The position numbers were made by a program, and so were the translations under genes. The notes below the pieces were generated by a model. It made no database searches. It saw only the letters and a list, made by a program, of their open reading frames with translations, and was not told where the DNA came from. DNA of 64,000 nt from Eledone cirrhosa (Eukaryota), in NCBI GenBank assembly GCA_964016885.1, contig OZ024740.1, positions 303,180,001 through 303,244,000 of the forward strand, read 5' to 3'. Numbering within the stretch: position 1 is the first letter of the stretch; the number at the start of each line of letters is the position of its first letter. This document shows positions 1 through 18,090 of the stretch, piece after piece.

Positions 1-395
1 GTATGTATGTGTGTATGTATATATGTGTGTTTATGAGTGTGTATATATATATATAAATGTATATAAGGTTTTGCGTATGTATGTGTGCGCGCGTATGTAT
101 ATATGTGTATGTTTGAGTAGGCCATGCTTATCCTACCGGATGCATGGCGCGACTTAAGCAGCCGTTATAAGGCTTGTGGCGATATGTATCTACAAGTGGG
201 TGTGAATGGGTCCGTGGATGTGAGGGAGAGAGTGTGTGTGTATATATACATATATGTATATATGTGGGGGGTCTGAGCATGTAGGCGTACGTATGTCTAT
301 GCATGAATGTGTCTGCATGTGTGTGTGTAATATGTGTGTGTATATTCGTATGTGTGGGTGCTTACTCTGAAGTGTGAACAGAGTTAAATTATTAA

Positions 396-774
396 CCCCA
401 CTATCAGGCTAAATAATTTCTTTAATTTCTTTAGTCAAAATACGGCGATAGCTTACATTTCTAATAATTTCAAACCCACTCGCTGTTTCGAAAATATTCT
501 TACTTGACATTACAGTCGTCAAGTTTATAGCTCCTAATTTGAATGGAAAGAGACGGGTGATGTGTTGGTGTAAATGGTAGCACAGTGGTCCGGATAACCA
601 AAGATGTGGGTTCGACTCCCATGTACGTCAATACTCATCTTTTCCCATTTCTCCGAGGGTTCTTACCCCCACTATCAGGCTAAATAATTTCTTTAATTTC
701 TTTAGTCAAAATACGGCGATAGCTTACATTTCTAATAATTTCAAACCCACTCGCTGTTTCGAAAATATTCTTAC

Positions 775-775
<1 letters not shown>
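396..775 (+). repeat. 271-bp-period unit with 109-bp identical direct repeats enclosing a tRNA-like segment
   Basis: CCCCACTATCAGG...GAAAATATTCTTACT at 396-504 recurs at 667-775; ends in (TA)n. Confidence 0.85.
559..630 (+). pseudogene. tRNA-like sequence (tRNA pseudogene or tRNA-derived head of a repeat)
   Basis: Cloverleaf by eye: acceptor GATGTGT/GTACGTC (three G-U pairs), D arm GTGT-AAATGGTA-GCAC, anticodon arm TGGT-CCGGATA-ACCA, T arm GTGGG-TTCGACT-CCCAT; A- and B-box-like motifs. Confidence 0.6.
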
Positions 776-805
<30 letters not shown>

Positions 806-970
806 ATTAGAATTGGCGCTCTGAAATAGCGATATATATATGAATGTATATATAGTGTATTTTGCAATACACTGTATGTTTAATTAAAAGCATTTCGAAG
901 ACCTTGCGCTATTGTTTTAGAGTAGTGACAGTCTCACTTACTTTTAATTTTCAGCAAACAGGAGAGATAA

Positions 971-1015
971 AGCTGACAGAGCTGTGTTTCGTACTGATTG
1001 GTACTTATCAAAGCC
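971..1015 (-). ncRNA. Type I hammerhead ribozyme, U3-A8 core variant, in a pLTR/retrozyme-like fragment (about 802-1035)
   Basis: Minus strand: GGCT-TTGATAA-GTAC(caatca)GTAC-GAAAC-acagctct-GTC-AGCT; homologous to 21296-21340. Confidence 0.7.
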
Positions 1016-1034
1016 AATTGGTACTTATCAAAGC

Positions 1035-3105
1035 GTAAGGTCTTGTACACCTTTACCTTTGTCTTCTTGCATATGTCTCGCTGAACCCAGAGTCGCCTTT
1101 CTAGCTTTCCGAAAGCATCACTTGTTTTCCTAATCCTAAGGGAGATTTCACTATCAAGGTTGCTGTATCAATTGACAGTGCTTCCCAGGTAGACAAACTG
1201 ATCAACCACTCCAAGTCGTTTACCATACACATAGATATTTGGTTCACTCTACTGCTTACCAGGAGCAGGTTGGTACATGACGACGGTTTTCTTGAGACTG
1301 ACAGTCAATCCTAGGGCAGTGCAAGCGTCAGAAAATGCATTCAAAATGTGCTGCATATCACTCTCTGTGTGCGCTACAAGATCGCAATCATCTGCATACA
1401 AGAGGTCTCTTATGATTGATGTAAATACTTTTGTCTTTGCAGCAAAGCGCCTGATGTTAAATATGCTGCCTGAGGTTCGATATCGGATGTAAACACCATG
1501 CTCGCAATTCCTGAATGCAATACAGAAAACCATTGCAAAGTATATGGCAAACAGGGTCGGTGCTGGAATATTCCCCTGTTTCACTCCATTTTTTACTGAG
1601 ATAGGCTCCAACATGTTACCTCCGACATTAACCCAAGCATTCATGTCGTCATGGAAAGACCTAACTAAAGCAAGGAACTTATCAGGGCAACCAAGTTTCT
1701 GGAGAACCTTCCATAATGAATTTCTGTTAACAGTATCGAAAGCTTTTGTCAGATCGACAAAAACCTGATACAGATCTAAACCTTGTTCCATGCACTTCTC
1801 CTGGGGCTGTCTAGCTGAGAAGATCATATCAGTAGTGCCGCGTCCAGCACTAAAACCAGATTGACTTTCAGGAAGAACATAATCTGCAATGTGTGTCAGC
1901 AGACGGTCCAAAAGCACCCTACATAAAACTTTCCGTAGGACAGAAAGCGATGATATACCTCTGTAGTTCCCACAATCATTCCTATTACCCTTTCCCTTGT
2001 ACAAGACTACCATTACTGCATCTCTCCAGTCCTCAGGTACGGATTCATTAGCCCATATCCTGCCAAACAAAGAGTGAAGATGTTGCAGGAGTCTCTCACC
2101 ACCATATTGTAGGAGCTCAGCATGTATGCAATCCATACCTGGAGACCTTCCACTGTTCAGCTTCGAGATAGCCACTGCAACCTCAACAAGCGTCGGAGGT
2201 TCTGCGAGAGCTACTTTCACAGGACTTTCTGGAATGAGATTGAGGAAATCTTCATTGACGACAGACGGCTGATTCAAAAGATCATCAAAGTGCTCTCGCC
2301 ACCTTCGTAGAATTCCTTGTGAGTCACGAAGAAGTTCTTTGCCATCCTTGCTGCGAAGCGGTGTCACCAGAAAAGAAGACGGTCCATAAACTTCACGCAA
2401 GAGACTGTACAACAGCTTTGTGTTATTGGAATCTGACGCAGTTTGTATCTCATCAGCCTTCTCACTCCACCACTGATCCTTCATCTGAAAAAGACTCCGC
2501 CTAACACGTGATTTTACATCCTTGAGTTCCTCATGCAATGTATTCTTCTCCTGTGGTTTTGCCGTCAAGTAGCGTGACAGAGCACGCCTCTTATCAGCCA
2601 ACAAGTCTTCTATATGTACATCATTCTCATTAAACCAGTCCTGATGTTTTCTCTGCACCAATCCCAGAACACGCCTGCCTACATCATAAACCGACTTTTT
2701 AAGGGTCGGCCAATCCTCACCAAGATCTGCAACCTCCATCTCTTCTTGCAATGTCCTCTTCACATTGTTATCCTTGAGACGAGCAGCATTCAATCTTTTG
2801 GGCAGGGCAACACCAGGAGCCCGGATGTTACGTTTAGTGATTAGTTTCACTTTTGCGCGTACCAGGCGGTTGTCCGTCCAGCACTCAGCTCCAAGAAGAG
2901 CACGAACACACTGCACATCCTGTCTGTCACGCATCCTAACTACAACGTAGTCCAAAGGATGCCATTCCTTAGATGCAGGATGCATCCATGTCGTCTTGAA
3001 TTTGTTCTTTTGTTGGAACATGGTGTTGGTAACACACAGATCCAGCTCCTCACACATCTGCAGCAGGAGCATACCATTGTTGTTAAATTTTCCCACTCCA
3101 TACAT
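1035..3105 (-). mobile_element. RTE-clade (BovB-like) LINE, truncated; 618-aa open frame covering end of APE endonuclease and the RT
   Basis: ORF 1249-3105: KTTWMHP..WH.LDY, NYRGIS, FVDLTKAFD, GVKQG, LLYADD; continues frameshifted (FVYLGS, AFGKL) to about 1035; 5' end cut by (TA)n. Confidence 0.93.
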
Positions 3106-3160
3106 ACATATATATATATATACATATATATATACATATATATATACATATATATATATA

Positions 3161-3730
3161 TATTGGTAAACGGAATAGAAAATGCTGACAAATTATTCAC
3201 AGTTGAAAAATGGTTTAATTAGGAATAAAAGAGTATTAGTGATTGTATGGGTTAGTATTCAGTTGTGGTTTTAAGTTTTTAAGTTTTTACCGGTTGCGCA
3301 TTTCTAAATGCTTTTCAAAAATAATTTTGAGATAGAGTGTCCGTGTTGTTTGCTCTGATCTGATTAGTTTTGGGAATTCTACCTGTTTTTATGTTAAAAA
3401 AGTGGCTCCAGCGTTACTTTGGTGTTGCAAAAATTCTTGTGGTCAAAACAATTTTGATTGGTCGGTAGAGGTCATGTGAATGTAAAAAATTGATTTTGCG
3501 CCAAGACTGTTTTTATGTTAAAAAAGTGGCTCCAGCGCTACTTGGTGTTTGCAAAAATTCTTGTGGTCAAAATAATTTTGATTGGTCGGTAGAGGTCATG
3601 TGAATAAAAAAACAGCCTCCGCCAACGCATGACTGTCCATAGATCCCAAATTAAAATACGGGAATACAGGAAAATACCACTGAGTGAACACATTGATACC
3701 TGTGCCGCCCCAAATCATCCCAACTTTCAT
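3161..3730. mobile_element. PLE fragment: inverted pLTR segment plus short GIY-YIG-region piece
   Basis: 3161-3605 matches 57911-58260; about 3607-3725 matches 58925-59043 (SLRQRM.VHRSQIKIREYRKIPLSEHIDTC). Confidence 0.8.
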
Positions 3731-3879
3731 TATAATATTTAACTCCGTAATAGCACCACCAACTACAAAAACAAAGACGGTTGAACTGCCTTAAGTTGAG
3801 TACTCTCTATATTATTGCATTACGATTGACCATACGGAATAGACCAGCTCTATACAGTGGTGAACCTCAAACCTGAATA

Positions 3880-7092
<3,213 letters not shown>

Positions 7093-7296
7093 TACTTTCA
7101 CTCGTGTAGGACACCTCGGTTATTTTTCATTTTGTAAAAAAAACCTCACTTTCTAATATATATATATATATATATATAAATAATATATATATATACATAC
7201 ATATATATATATATATACATATATGTTTTAAAAGTGTTTCTATATTTGCTAGACCTTGATTTTATGTATATATATATATATATACTATATATATAT

Positions 7297-7348
<52 letters not shown>

Positions 7349-7419
7349 CAAGTCTAGCAAATATAGAAACACTTTTAAAACATATATGTATATATATATA
7401 TAATATATATATGTATGTA

Positions 7420-7503
<84 letters not shown>

Positions 7504-7826
7504 GTGAGGTTTTTTTTACAAAATGAAAAATAACCGAGGTGTCCTACACGAGTGAAAGTATAAAGAAAAAGAGATGAAATCGAAAATGCATATATATATA
7601 TATATATATATATACATAGGTATATATATATATAGCTTACAACACTACCACAAGAACATCCCACTACTGAAACAAGACCGAAGAATGAAAAAAGCCCCTG
7701 GAAACACACAAATAATCAAAATCAAAAGACAACCGAAATCACTGAAAACATTACTCACCAATGCCAAATTACCTACCACAAACCCACAATATATATGTAT
7801 ATATATATATGTATATATATTGTGTG

Positions 7827-7965
<139 letters not shown>

Positions 7966-7974
7966 CTATATATC

Positions 7975-8121
<147 letters not shown>

Positions 8122-8144
8122 CTATATATATGTATATATATACG

Positions 8145-8175
<31 letters not shown>

Positions 8176-8236
8176 CTATATATATACATATATATATATA
8201 TATACATATATATATACATATATATATATGTGTATC

Positions 8237-8267
<31 letters not shown>

Positions 8268-8294
8268 GTATCTATATATATATGTATCTCTATA

Positions 8295-8362
<68 letters not shown>

Positions 8363-8367
8363 GTATC

Positions 8368-8404
<37 letters not shown>

Positions 8405-8492
8405 GTATCTATATATATATGTATATAATATATATATGTGTATATTATATATGGTATATATATATATATATAATATATATATATATATATAG

Positions 8493-8524
<32 letters not shown>

Positions 8525-8556
8525 TGTATCTATATATATATATATATATATATATA

Positions 8557-11258
8557 GGCCACCTCAAACGCCTGTACCATGCTTCAAGGAATGCTTCAAC
8601 AGCATAAGTGTTTCATCCAAGAGTGTCACCCTGACAACACCTTAATGATGGGGGACTTCAACCTCCCCGCGATTGACTGGTCCACAAACAGCCTGCCACC
8701 AGGTTATTCTGCCTCAACCTCTGACAGGGAAGCAGTGGAATCGCTTCTTGACTTCATGGATGATTTCTTCCTGTCCCAACTGGTGCTCGAACCAACGAGG
8801 TGCCACAAAACGTCCTAGACTTAATTTTCAGCAACCACACTGACAATATCCACAATATTGCAGTGGAGAAAACTCTACTCTCTGATCATGACATGGTTCT
8901 CTGTGATCTGAGATTCCACCGTCCATATACAAACCCAATGTCATCTCTCCTGTCCATCCGTTTGATGCTATGGATTTCCACAATGCAAACTGGGAAGCGA
9001 TAGTCATGATCTTGCACATGTCGACTGGTCCTTCACGCACACTCATACACCCACTAACATCAAAAAGTCCTGGCAGACATTTGTGAACACTATTACAAAC
9101 ATATGTGCAAAACACACCCCATTAAGAACTATAAACAAATCTAAGAGCAGAATCCCTAGAAATAGAAAAACGCTCATCAGGAAAATTAAGAGAACGAACA
9201 AAAAAATCAACAAGCTGAAATACTGTCAGCAGCAACACATCAACTTGACTGCCATTTCATCACTAGAGATTAAAAAACATAACCTCCAAAACAATATGAT
9301 GTCCTATCATCAACAATCAGAGAAGAGCTGAAGAGGCCTGGGCCATTGAGAAGATCAAACTCAATCTCAAAGTGTTCTTTTCATTTGCAAAAAAAAACAC
9401 AAAATCACTGGCTCTACTGTTGGCCCTCTAATTGATGAAAATGGCACTCTTCAAGACAATGCTAAAACCATGGGTGAGATACTGCAGAAGAAACAATACT
9501 GCTCTGTTTTCAGCAATCTGATATGGCCGATCTGGGCTGTATTGGCGATGTTACTCCCCATTACACCTTATCGGACATAACGTTTGGCGCCCCTGATGTC
9601 TTAGCGGCAATAAAGGAAATCAAGCATAATTCAACAGTAGGTCCCGATAGTTTCCATGCTTGTGTCTTGAAGGCGTGTCAACACACAACTTGCATCTCCT
9701 CTTGCCAATCTGTGGCGGAACTCACTGGATGCTGGATATGTGCCAGAAAACCTTCTATCCCAGTCTGTTGTCCCAGTTTTCAAAAAAGGAACAAATCCCT
9801 TGCCGTGAATTACCGTCCAATCTCACTCACCTCTCATATCATTAAGGTATTTGAGAGGGTGGTGAGATCGCGAATGACCCACTTCCTTGAGAGTAACAAT
9901 ATGCTGAACTCCAACCAGCATGGATTTCGTAATGGAGGGCATTGCCTGACGCAGCTACTGCATCACTTTGATGACATTTTGAGAGCCTTGGGAGTGGGTT
10001 CCAACACTGATGTTATCTACCTTGATTTCATCAAGGCCTTTGACAGGGTTGATCACAACATTCTACTGAGAAAGCTGTCCAATATTGGTGTCACTGGAAA
10101 GCTGCTGCAGTGGATCAAGAGCTTCCTGTCAAACAGAACCCAACATTTTGTAGTCGAAGGAGTCAAATCCAGCCCAGCCAAAGTCAGTAGTGGGGTCCCA
10201 CAAGGCACCGTGTTGGGCCCACTTCTCTTCATCATCTATATTAATGACATCACTGACATCATATAACACAGCAACATTAGAATTTTCGCTGATGATTCCC
10301 AGCTCCAAAAGGTCATCAATGGCGTGGATGACCGGATAAGCCTTCAGTCAGACCTACTGGCTGTTACCCAATGGGCGGAAAAGAACAACATGTTACTGAA
10401 CGAAGACAAAATTCGAACTGATCCACTTTGGAAAAGAGGCTGCTCTGAAACTCCCGTACTCCCTTCCCTCCGGTGAAACTCTCGTGGCATCTAACAACAT
10501 CAGAGACTTGGGAGTAACCGTGGACAGCAACATAAGCTGGGCCACGCATATAAGCAGCAAAGTTGACATGGCCCGCAGAATGTGTTCCTGGATCCTCAGA
10601 ACCTTCCAGTCGAGAGATTCCCACACCATTATCCTTCTCTTCTCCACTTTTGCCCGACCACACCTTGAATACTGTTGTCCACTGTGGTCTCCCCACACGA
10701 AACAAAGTATCATGAAACTTGAAGCTCCCCAAAGGGCAATCACGAAAAAGATAGATGGCATGTCAGACCTTGACTACTGGGGTCGACTAGAAAAGCTGAA
10801 ACTTTACTCACTCCAACGTCGCCGTGAGCGTTATATTATCTGCATGATGTGGAAAATGTTTCATCAGCACTGCCCAAATGATGTTGGCATCACATTCAAA
10901 ATACACCCAAGGCTTGGGCCCCGTGCTATCCGTCCCAAACAAAAATCTAAATCGCAACACATAACAACAATACGGCACACTTATTTCACCTCAATTGGCC
11001 CTGCTCTCTTCAACATCACACCAGGACACGTCAAAACAGAAACTGACCACACAAAATTCAAGAAGTCTTTGGACAAATTCCTCCAAGTAATCCCGGACAA
11101 ACCACCCACACCCGGATATGTCTCCGCAAACAGTAATTCTCTTCTCGAATGGGCCATGGTGCCCAAATCCTGAGTTGAAAGACTTCGCCAGGTGGTGCTA
11201 TTAAGTTAGACATGGCCTGGGTCAATACTGGCCAAAACATTTCAAAGTTTCAAAGTTA
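8557..11258 (+). mobile_element. CR1-group LINE, 5'-truncated, with frameshifts (endonuclease end, RT, C-terminal domain)
   Basis: MGDFNLPAIDW, LDLIFSN, SDH, NYRPISLTS, QHGFR, YLDFIKAFD, SGVPQGTVLGPLLF, FADD, LEYCCPLWSP, LYSLQRRRERY; tail TTTCAAAGTTTCAAAG. Confidence 0.92.
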
Positions 11259-11265
11259 TGTATAC

Positions 11266-11330
<65 letters not shown>

Positions 11331-11331
11331 G

Positions 11332-11429
<98 letters not shown>

Positions 11430-11430
11430 G

Positions 11431-11481
<51 letters not shown>

Positions 11482-11628
11482 TATTTTCCGTTGTGTTGTA
11501 ATATAAATATTACACACAGTAGATTATCAGCTCACGTAGAGTTTGCTCGACGGTTCCAGTTGTAGTTCCAAAAGTAATCCGGAGAAAAATAGAAAGATTT
11601 GAATGGATACAGTTTAGTTGAAAGGAAT

Positions 11629-11744
11629 TTATTGACACGTGTTTCTATAACAGTTACATAACCTAAAACAGCTATCTACAAACTTTAGTTATGCAGACAT
11701 TCAATATTTCAATGTTATTATTTACTGTCATTTCATCAGAATAA
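11629..11744 (-). ncRNA. Type I HHR with enlarged stem II (inverted pLTR copy)
   Basis: Reverse-complement copy of 15326-15429 with a small indel in loop II. Confidence 0.65.
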
Positions 11745-12249
11745 TATTACTGAGGACCTATTTAGTTTTTATAGAGAATATTAGGAGGGAGGGGTGAAGT
11801 TGTTAGAAGAATAGTTGAAGGAGTGTTTTTCGATAGCAGTGAGAATTCTTGGTGGCAGTGAGTAATTAGATTCCCATCTGTTGTTTTGACATTTTTTATA
11901 GAATATATTATTGGTTATTTTTCTAAATCTATAGAAGGATTAGAGATAGTAAAGATATGCGTGGTTGGTTTTGTGTTTGCACTTAATTAACATTCAGACT
12001 TAAATTTTTCTTTCAAGTGTACGTATCCTTTTCACCCACGCATTCACACACAAATATATTTGCACACCTCTACAAAATACATATACTCACAATTCACGTA
12101 TTCATACTTACATATATATACACATGCATACACATATATATACACACATGTATTCATATACATACATACGCGCTCATGTGTATACATTTTCATACTCAAC
12201 TTATCTTTATATACACACGTATAGACACACTCATATATACATATATACT

Positions 12250-14376
12250 ATTAGATGCATTTGAGCAGGACCTTATGAACTTAATCCTTAAAATTAAATT
12301 CAAAGGACGCAACACCAACAGCAAATTACAGAAAGATATAAAAAAACTACTGACGACCTTAAAAACACCAAAGGAATTGTAGTAAAAGCGGACAAAACAT
12401 CAAACCTGTACACTATGGATTGCACTACATACAACAACTTCATTCGAAAAGATTACATAAAAAATATAGAAAAACGAGTGAAGTAACCCTTAAGCACATC
12501 AATGATGAGGCATGCGAAATAGTGAAAAATCTCGGAATCGAAGATAGGACAGGACCACTCTTACCGGCGGTACCCACCTTCAATCTTAAGGACCACAAGG
12601 TAAACTTTGATAATGACCCTAAAATTAGATTAATCTGCCCCTCTAAATCAGATATAGGTAAAATAAGCAAATATATCTTAGATAGAATCATCCCCCAAAT
12701 TAAGGCTAAGGTTAACATTAAACTCTGGGGAAGACCCAAGAAGCAATAAGATGGTTTAATAGCATTAGCAATAAGAATAAATCTAAGTTTATCAGTTTGA
12801 TATCGATGAATATTACTCATCGATATCACCTGAAACTTTGAATAGAGCCATTAAGTTTGCTAAGGATAACTCTGACCTTACAAAACGATGAAATTAAGAT
12901 TATATTAGAAGCTAGGAAAACTATAGTCAAATTTGAGAACAGTTATTGGGTACGTAAAGATAGACCCTCTAACTTTGACATAACAATGGGCTCTAACGAT
13001 TCGGCGGAAATAACTGATATTGTGGGGTTATTTATCGCCTTTAGACTCCAGGAAAAATTCAGCAATCTCACGGCGGAATATACCGCGACGATGTTCTCCT
13101 CCTAGCTAAAAACCTTAATAACCAAAAACTAGAAAAACTACGCAAAGATATAAGAAAACTACTACTCGAAATAGGACTAACTATAACATATGAATACAAC
13201 CTTAAAGTAGTTAACTTCCTGGATGTCACACTCAATTTAAACTCTGGTCTGATTAAACCGTTTCATAATTGAATGAAAATCTCAAATACGTAAATGTTGG
13301 GTCTAACCACCCCATCTCTATAATTAAATCTATCCCTAAAAATATTTCCCTTAGAATCTCGAGTCTATCTTCTAACATACAAGTATTTAAGGAACACGCC
13401 GAGTACTACGATAACGCCCTTAGTAAAGCAGGCTACCTCAACAAAATAGAGTACATAGATGGGAACAATCAAAACACCCAAAATAAATCCCACATAGGTA
13501 GATATAATAACACAACACCAAACCACACTTACTACCATAGTATGCACACCAGTAAACCAACAAACAAAACTAATAGAAAGCGATGCAAAGAGTACTTATG
13601 GTATAACCCCGAATACAATAGCTCCATTAGTACAAATTTACCAGTACTCTTCTTTAAAATAATTAAAAGACATTTTCCCACATCACACAAATACCACAAA
13701 ATCCTAAACCCTACCACTATAAAACTGTCATACTCTACAGCGTTAAACCTTGAACAACACATAAAAAAGATCAATACTAGAAGGTTAAACGAAAACACTA
13801 AGAACTTAAGTACAAAGAACACAAAAAAAAAACAGTAGACAATACACTACAGAACATAAATAAACCACACCTAAGTTCGTCCGCAATACTACTCCAGAGA
13901 AAACCCAACGTACACAACTGTAACTGCACCTATCCTGACAACTGCCCCCTCGGCAATAACTGCCTGGAAAAAAATATTATTTATAAGTGTACCATTAAAT
14001 CCGGAGGCAACGAGTGGTATTACGTGAATCAACGGCAACATCGTTTAAATCTCGATTGTATAGGCATTCTTACTCAATAAAACACCAGAGCCAAAGAAAT
14101 GTAACAACTTTAGCAGAAAAAGCTTGGACGCTCAGGGATAGCGACCAAAAGTTTACCCTAAAATGGGAAAAATTAGCTAAAACCCAAAGCTTTTCCAGGA
14201 GCCAAAATTTCTGCAAATTGTGTAATCTTGAGATTTATTACATAATCACACACAAGAAGAAACTGCTGAATAACAGAATTGAACGAACATTATTCTGCCG
14301 TCACAGAACTAAAACCCTTTTTTTCCCACTACAAGCCGAATATTACATAAAAGAGGGACATCCCCCAACTATATAA
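12250..14376 (+). pseudogene. PLE RT plus GIY-YIG endonuclease ORF, frameshifted
   Basis: ADKTSNLY, LKDHKVNFDNDPKIRLICPSKSDIGKISK, FDITMGSNDSAE, YRDD, VNFLDVTL, SNHP, CNC..CPLGNNCL..IIYKC, FKSR..H, CKLCNLE. Confidence 0.9.
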
Positions 14377-14671
14377 ACCTTAATCTAGTTAGAAAAATAT
14401 AAAAACAATCTCTTCTCAACATATATTAATAACCTTAAATTACCATACTAATAATGAAAAGATATGCTGATGAGAATAGGTACAAATATGCGATAATGAA
14501 TGTGTCTAAAAACGTCCATAAGTATGTATATATATGTGAAAATGTATATAAATAAGTAAATATATATATATGTTTGATGTGTATAGTTAGATGTAAGTGT
14601 ATTCATGTATTAAAGTGCTTATATATATATATGTATGTATATGTATGTATATGTATGTGTATGTATATATG

Positions 14672-14758
<87 letters not shown>

Positions 14759-15325
14759 ATGTATGTATATATGTGTATATGGATGTGTAAGTATGTGTAT
14801 GTGTGTACACATGGACTAGAGTATGTATGTATATATGAGTGTGTCTATACGTGTGTATATAAAGATAAGTTCGAGTATGAAAATGTATACACATGAGCGC
14901 GTATGTATGTATATGAATACATGTGTGTATATATATGTGTATGCATGTGTATATATATGTAAGTATGAATATGTGAATTGTGAGTATATGTATTTTGTAG
15001 AGGTGTGCAAATATATTTGTGTGTGAATGCGTGGGTGAAAGGATACGTACACTTGAAAGAAAAATTTAAGTCTGAATGTTAATTAAGTGCAAACACAAAA
15101 CCACCACGCATATCTTTTACTATCTCTAATCCTTCTATAGATTTAGAAAAATAACCAATAATATATTCTATAAAAAATGTCAAAACAACAGATGGGAATC
15201 TAATTACTCACTGCCACCAAGAATTCTCACTGCTATCGAAAAACCACTCCTTCAACTATTCTTCTAACAACTTCACCCCTCCCTCCTAATATTCTCTATA
15301 AAAACTAAATAGGTCCTCAGTAATA

Positions 15326-15429
15326 TTATTCTGATGAAATGACAGTAAATAATAACATTGAAATATTGAATGTCTGCATAACTAAAAGTTTGTAGATTAT
15401 GTAACTGTTATAGAAACACGTGTCAATAA
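15326..15429 (+). ncRNA. Type I HHR with enlarged stem II in PLE 3' pLTR
   Basis: TTATT-CTGATGA-A-ATGACAGT...(about 57 nt)...ACTGTTAT-A-GAAAC-ACGT-GTC-AATAA; palindromic stem III. Confidence 0.7.
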
Positions 15430-15523
15430 ATTCCTTTCAACTAAACTGTATCCATTCAAATCTTTCTATATATATATATATGTATATATATATATGTATG
15501 TATATATATATATATATATGTAT

Positions 15524-15563
<40 letters not shown>

Positions 15564-15586
15564 GTATGTATGTATATATACACACA

Positions 15587-15628
<42 letters not shown>

Positions 15629-15632
15629 CACA

Positions 15633-15717
<85 letters not shown>

Positions 15718-15753
15718 GTATATATATAAATATATATATGTATATATATATAC

Positions 15754-15873
<120 letters not shown>

Positions 15874-16782
15874 ATACATATATATATATACTGATCTTTA
15901 TTATTTACCGATTATTAAATGTACAATTATGTTATGTTAAATTTTGTAAATTCTGTAATATGTTTATATTTTTATAATTTTTGTAATGTTTGGATAATAT
16001 TTATTTACACCAACTGTAGAGAAATGTGACCTCCATCTGTTTTCTTGCAATGGTTTTGATATTTTTCCAACATAATTTTTCCAACATAATTTAGTTCTGT
16101 ACAATATTTTTTCTCACCCGGTCTGTAACTCTATATGATTTGTTAAGTTATATGCCATTATATTATAATATTGTTATTATAGTGTTACTGTAACATTTAT
16201 ATTGTTTGTGCAAATTAACCGGAGATTATCTATTATATAATTATATACTTTATTATTATATATTATATGTTTACTTTTAATCATTTCTTCTTCATTATAT
16301 ACTCTAAATAATATATGTATTATATTTTTATTTTCATTTTTATTTTTATTTTTATTCTTATTATTCTGATTATTCTTATTTATATTTAAACTCTTAATAA
16401 GGGTTAGTTTGGGCTTGTATTGATGGAAATGTGTATTGATATATATGTATATATGTGTACATATGTATATATATATATATGTATATTGGGCCTTTTAATA
16501 TTATTATTATTATTGTCATTATCAATTATATTATTTTATATTATATTATATTATATTATATATAGTACAATAATTCCCGCTCTATATCAGCACCTTTGTT
16601 TAGCTTTAGTTTTTGCATTTGACAATATTTGTAATATGGTTCAAAATGTTATTCACTTCCTTAGCAATTTTTACTTGATAATTTTTACCCGATAAGCTTC
16701 CTATGCTTTAATGTATGTACACTCCATATTCTTCTGATTTTTTGGCTTGTATTGGCCGATAGTGCTTCTTATAGCTTTAATT

Positions 16783-16820
16783 GCCCTGATGAGTCCTTAA
16801 TAGGACGAAATATTGTTGGC
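16783..16820 (+). ncRNA. Degenerate minimal type I HHR
   Basis: GCC-CTGATGA-GTCCT(taat)AGGAC-GAAA-TATTG-TT-GGC; stem III weak, possibly C-to-T decayed. Confidence 0.5.
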
Positions 16821-16869
16821 TAATAAAGACTTTTGATGTATTGAAGGCTTCTTTGGTTTATTTTCATAA

Positions 16870-16912
<43 letters not shown>

Positions 16913-17000
16913 TGTGTATATATATGTATACATATATATATATATATACATATATATAGAGATATATATATATACATACATATATATATATACATATATA

Positions 17001-17119
17001 TATAGATGAGATTCTACAGGACTAGAACTGTTTCATTCTTTAGAAATCATCAGGAATCTCTGATTCCTGATGATTTCTAAAGAATGAAACAGTTCTAGTG
17101 CTGTAGAATCTCATCTATA
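17001..17119. repeat. Near-perfect palindrome carrying an HHR-like core (CTGATGA-tttctaaagaat-GAAAC) related to the 310-bp unit
   Basis: Arms identical except one base; stem I not intact. Confidence 0.75.
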
Positions 17120-17299
17120 TTAAAACCTTTATACTCTGCAATGTATTGAGTACCTTACTTACTGTGGTTACCTCCGATTCAACCCGGAATAACGTATATA
17201 CATATATATATAGATATATATAGATATATATACATATATATATAAATATATATATAGATATATATATATATATACATATATATATAAATATATATATAG

Positions 17300-17330
<31 letters not shown>

Positions 17331-17377
17331 AATATATATATATATACATATATATATAAATATATATATATATATAC

Positions 17378-17410
<33 letters not shown>

Positions 17411-17441
17411 CATATATATATAAATATATATATATATATAC

Positions 17442-17478
<37 letters not shown>

Positions 17479-17514
17479 GTTAAAAGAATAGAGGTGTAAC
17501 ACACAAGTTATTAT

Positions 17515-18090
17515 ATATTGGTAAACGGAATAGAAAATGCTGACAAATTGTTCACAGTTGAAAAATGGTTTAATTAGGAATAAAAGAGTATTAGTGATTG
17601 TATGGGTTAGTATTCAGTTGTGGTTTTAAGTTTTTAAGTTTTTACCGGTTGCGCATTTCTAAATGCTTTTCAAAATAATTTTGAGATAGAGTGTCCGTGC
17701 TGTTTGCTCTGATCTGATTAGTTTTGGGAATTCTACCTGTTTTTATGTTGAAAAAGTGGCTCCAGCGTTATTTTTGTGTTGCAAAAATGCTTGTGGTCAA
17801 AACAATTTTGATTGGTCGGTAGAGGTCATGTGATGCGCCAAGACTGTTTTTATGTTAAAATGTTAAAAAAGTGGCTCCAGCAAAAATTATTGGTCAAAAC
17901 ACGCACTTCTCCGTATAAGACAAAAGATATTTTTCAGCTTTTGTCTTATACGGAGAAGTGCGTGTTTTGACCAATAATTTTTGCTGGAGCCACTTTTTTA
18001 ACATTTTAACATAAAAACAGTCTTGGCGCAAAATCAACTTTTTACATTTACATGACCTCTACCGACCAATCAAAATTGTTTTGACCACAT
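17515..18090. mobile_element. Rearranged foldback fragment of the pLTR family at 57911-60420
   Basis: TATTGGTAAACGGAATAGAAAATGCTGAC... shared with 3161 and 57911; internal inversions. Confidence 0.75.

Larger units (their letters stand above)
11590..15468 (+). mobile_element. Penelope-like retroelement with inverted 5' pLTR (11590-12250) and 3' pLTR (14820-15468)
   Basis: About 650-bp near-perfect inverted repeats flank frameshifted RT and C-terminal GIY-YIG coding sequence; (TA)n nearby on both sides. Confidence 0.92.
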
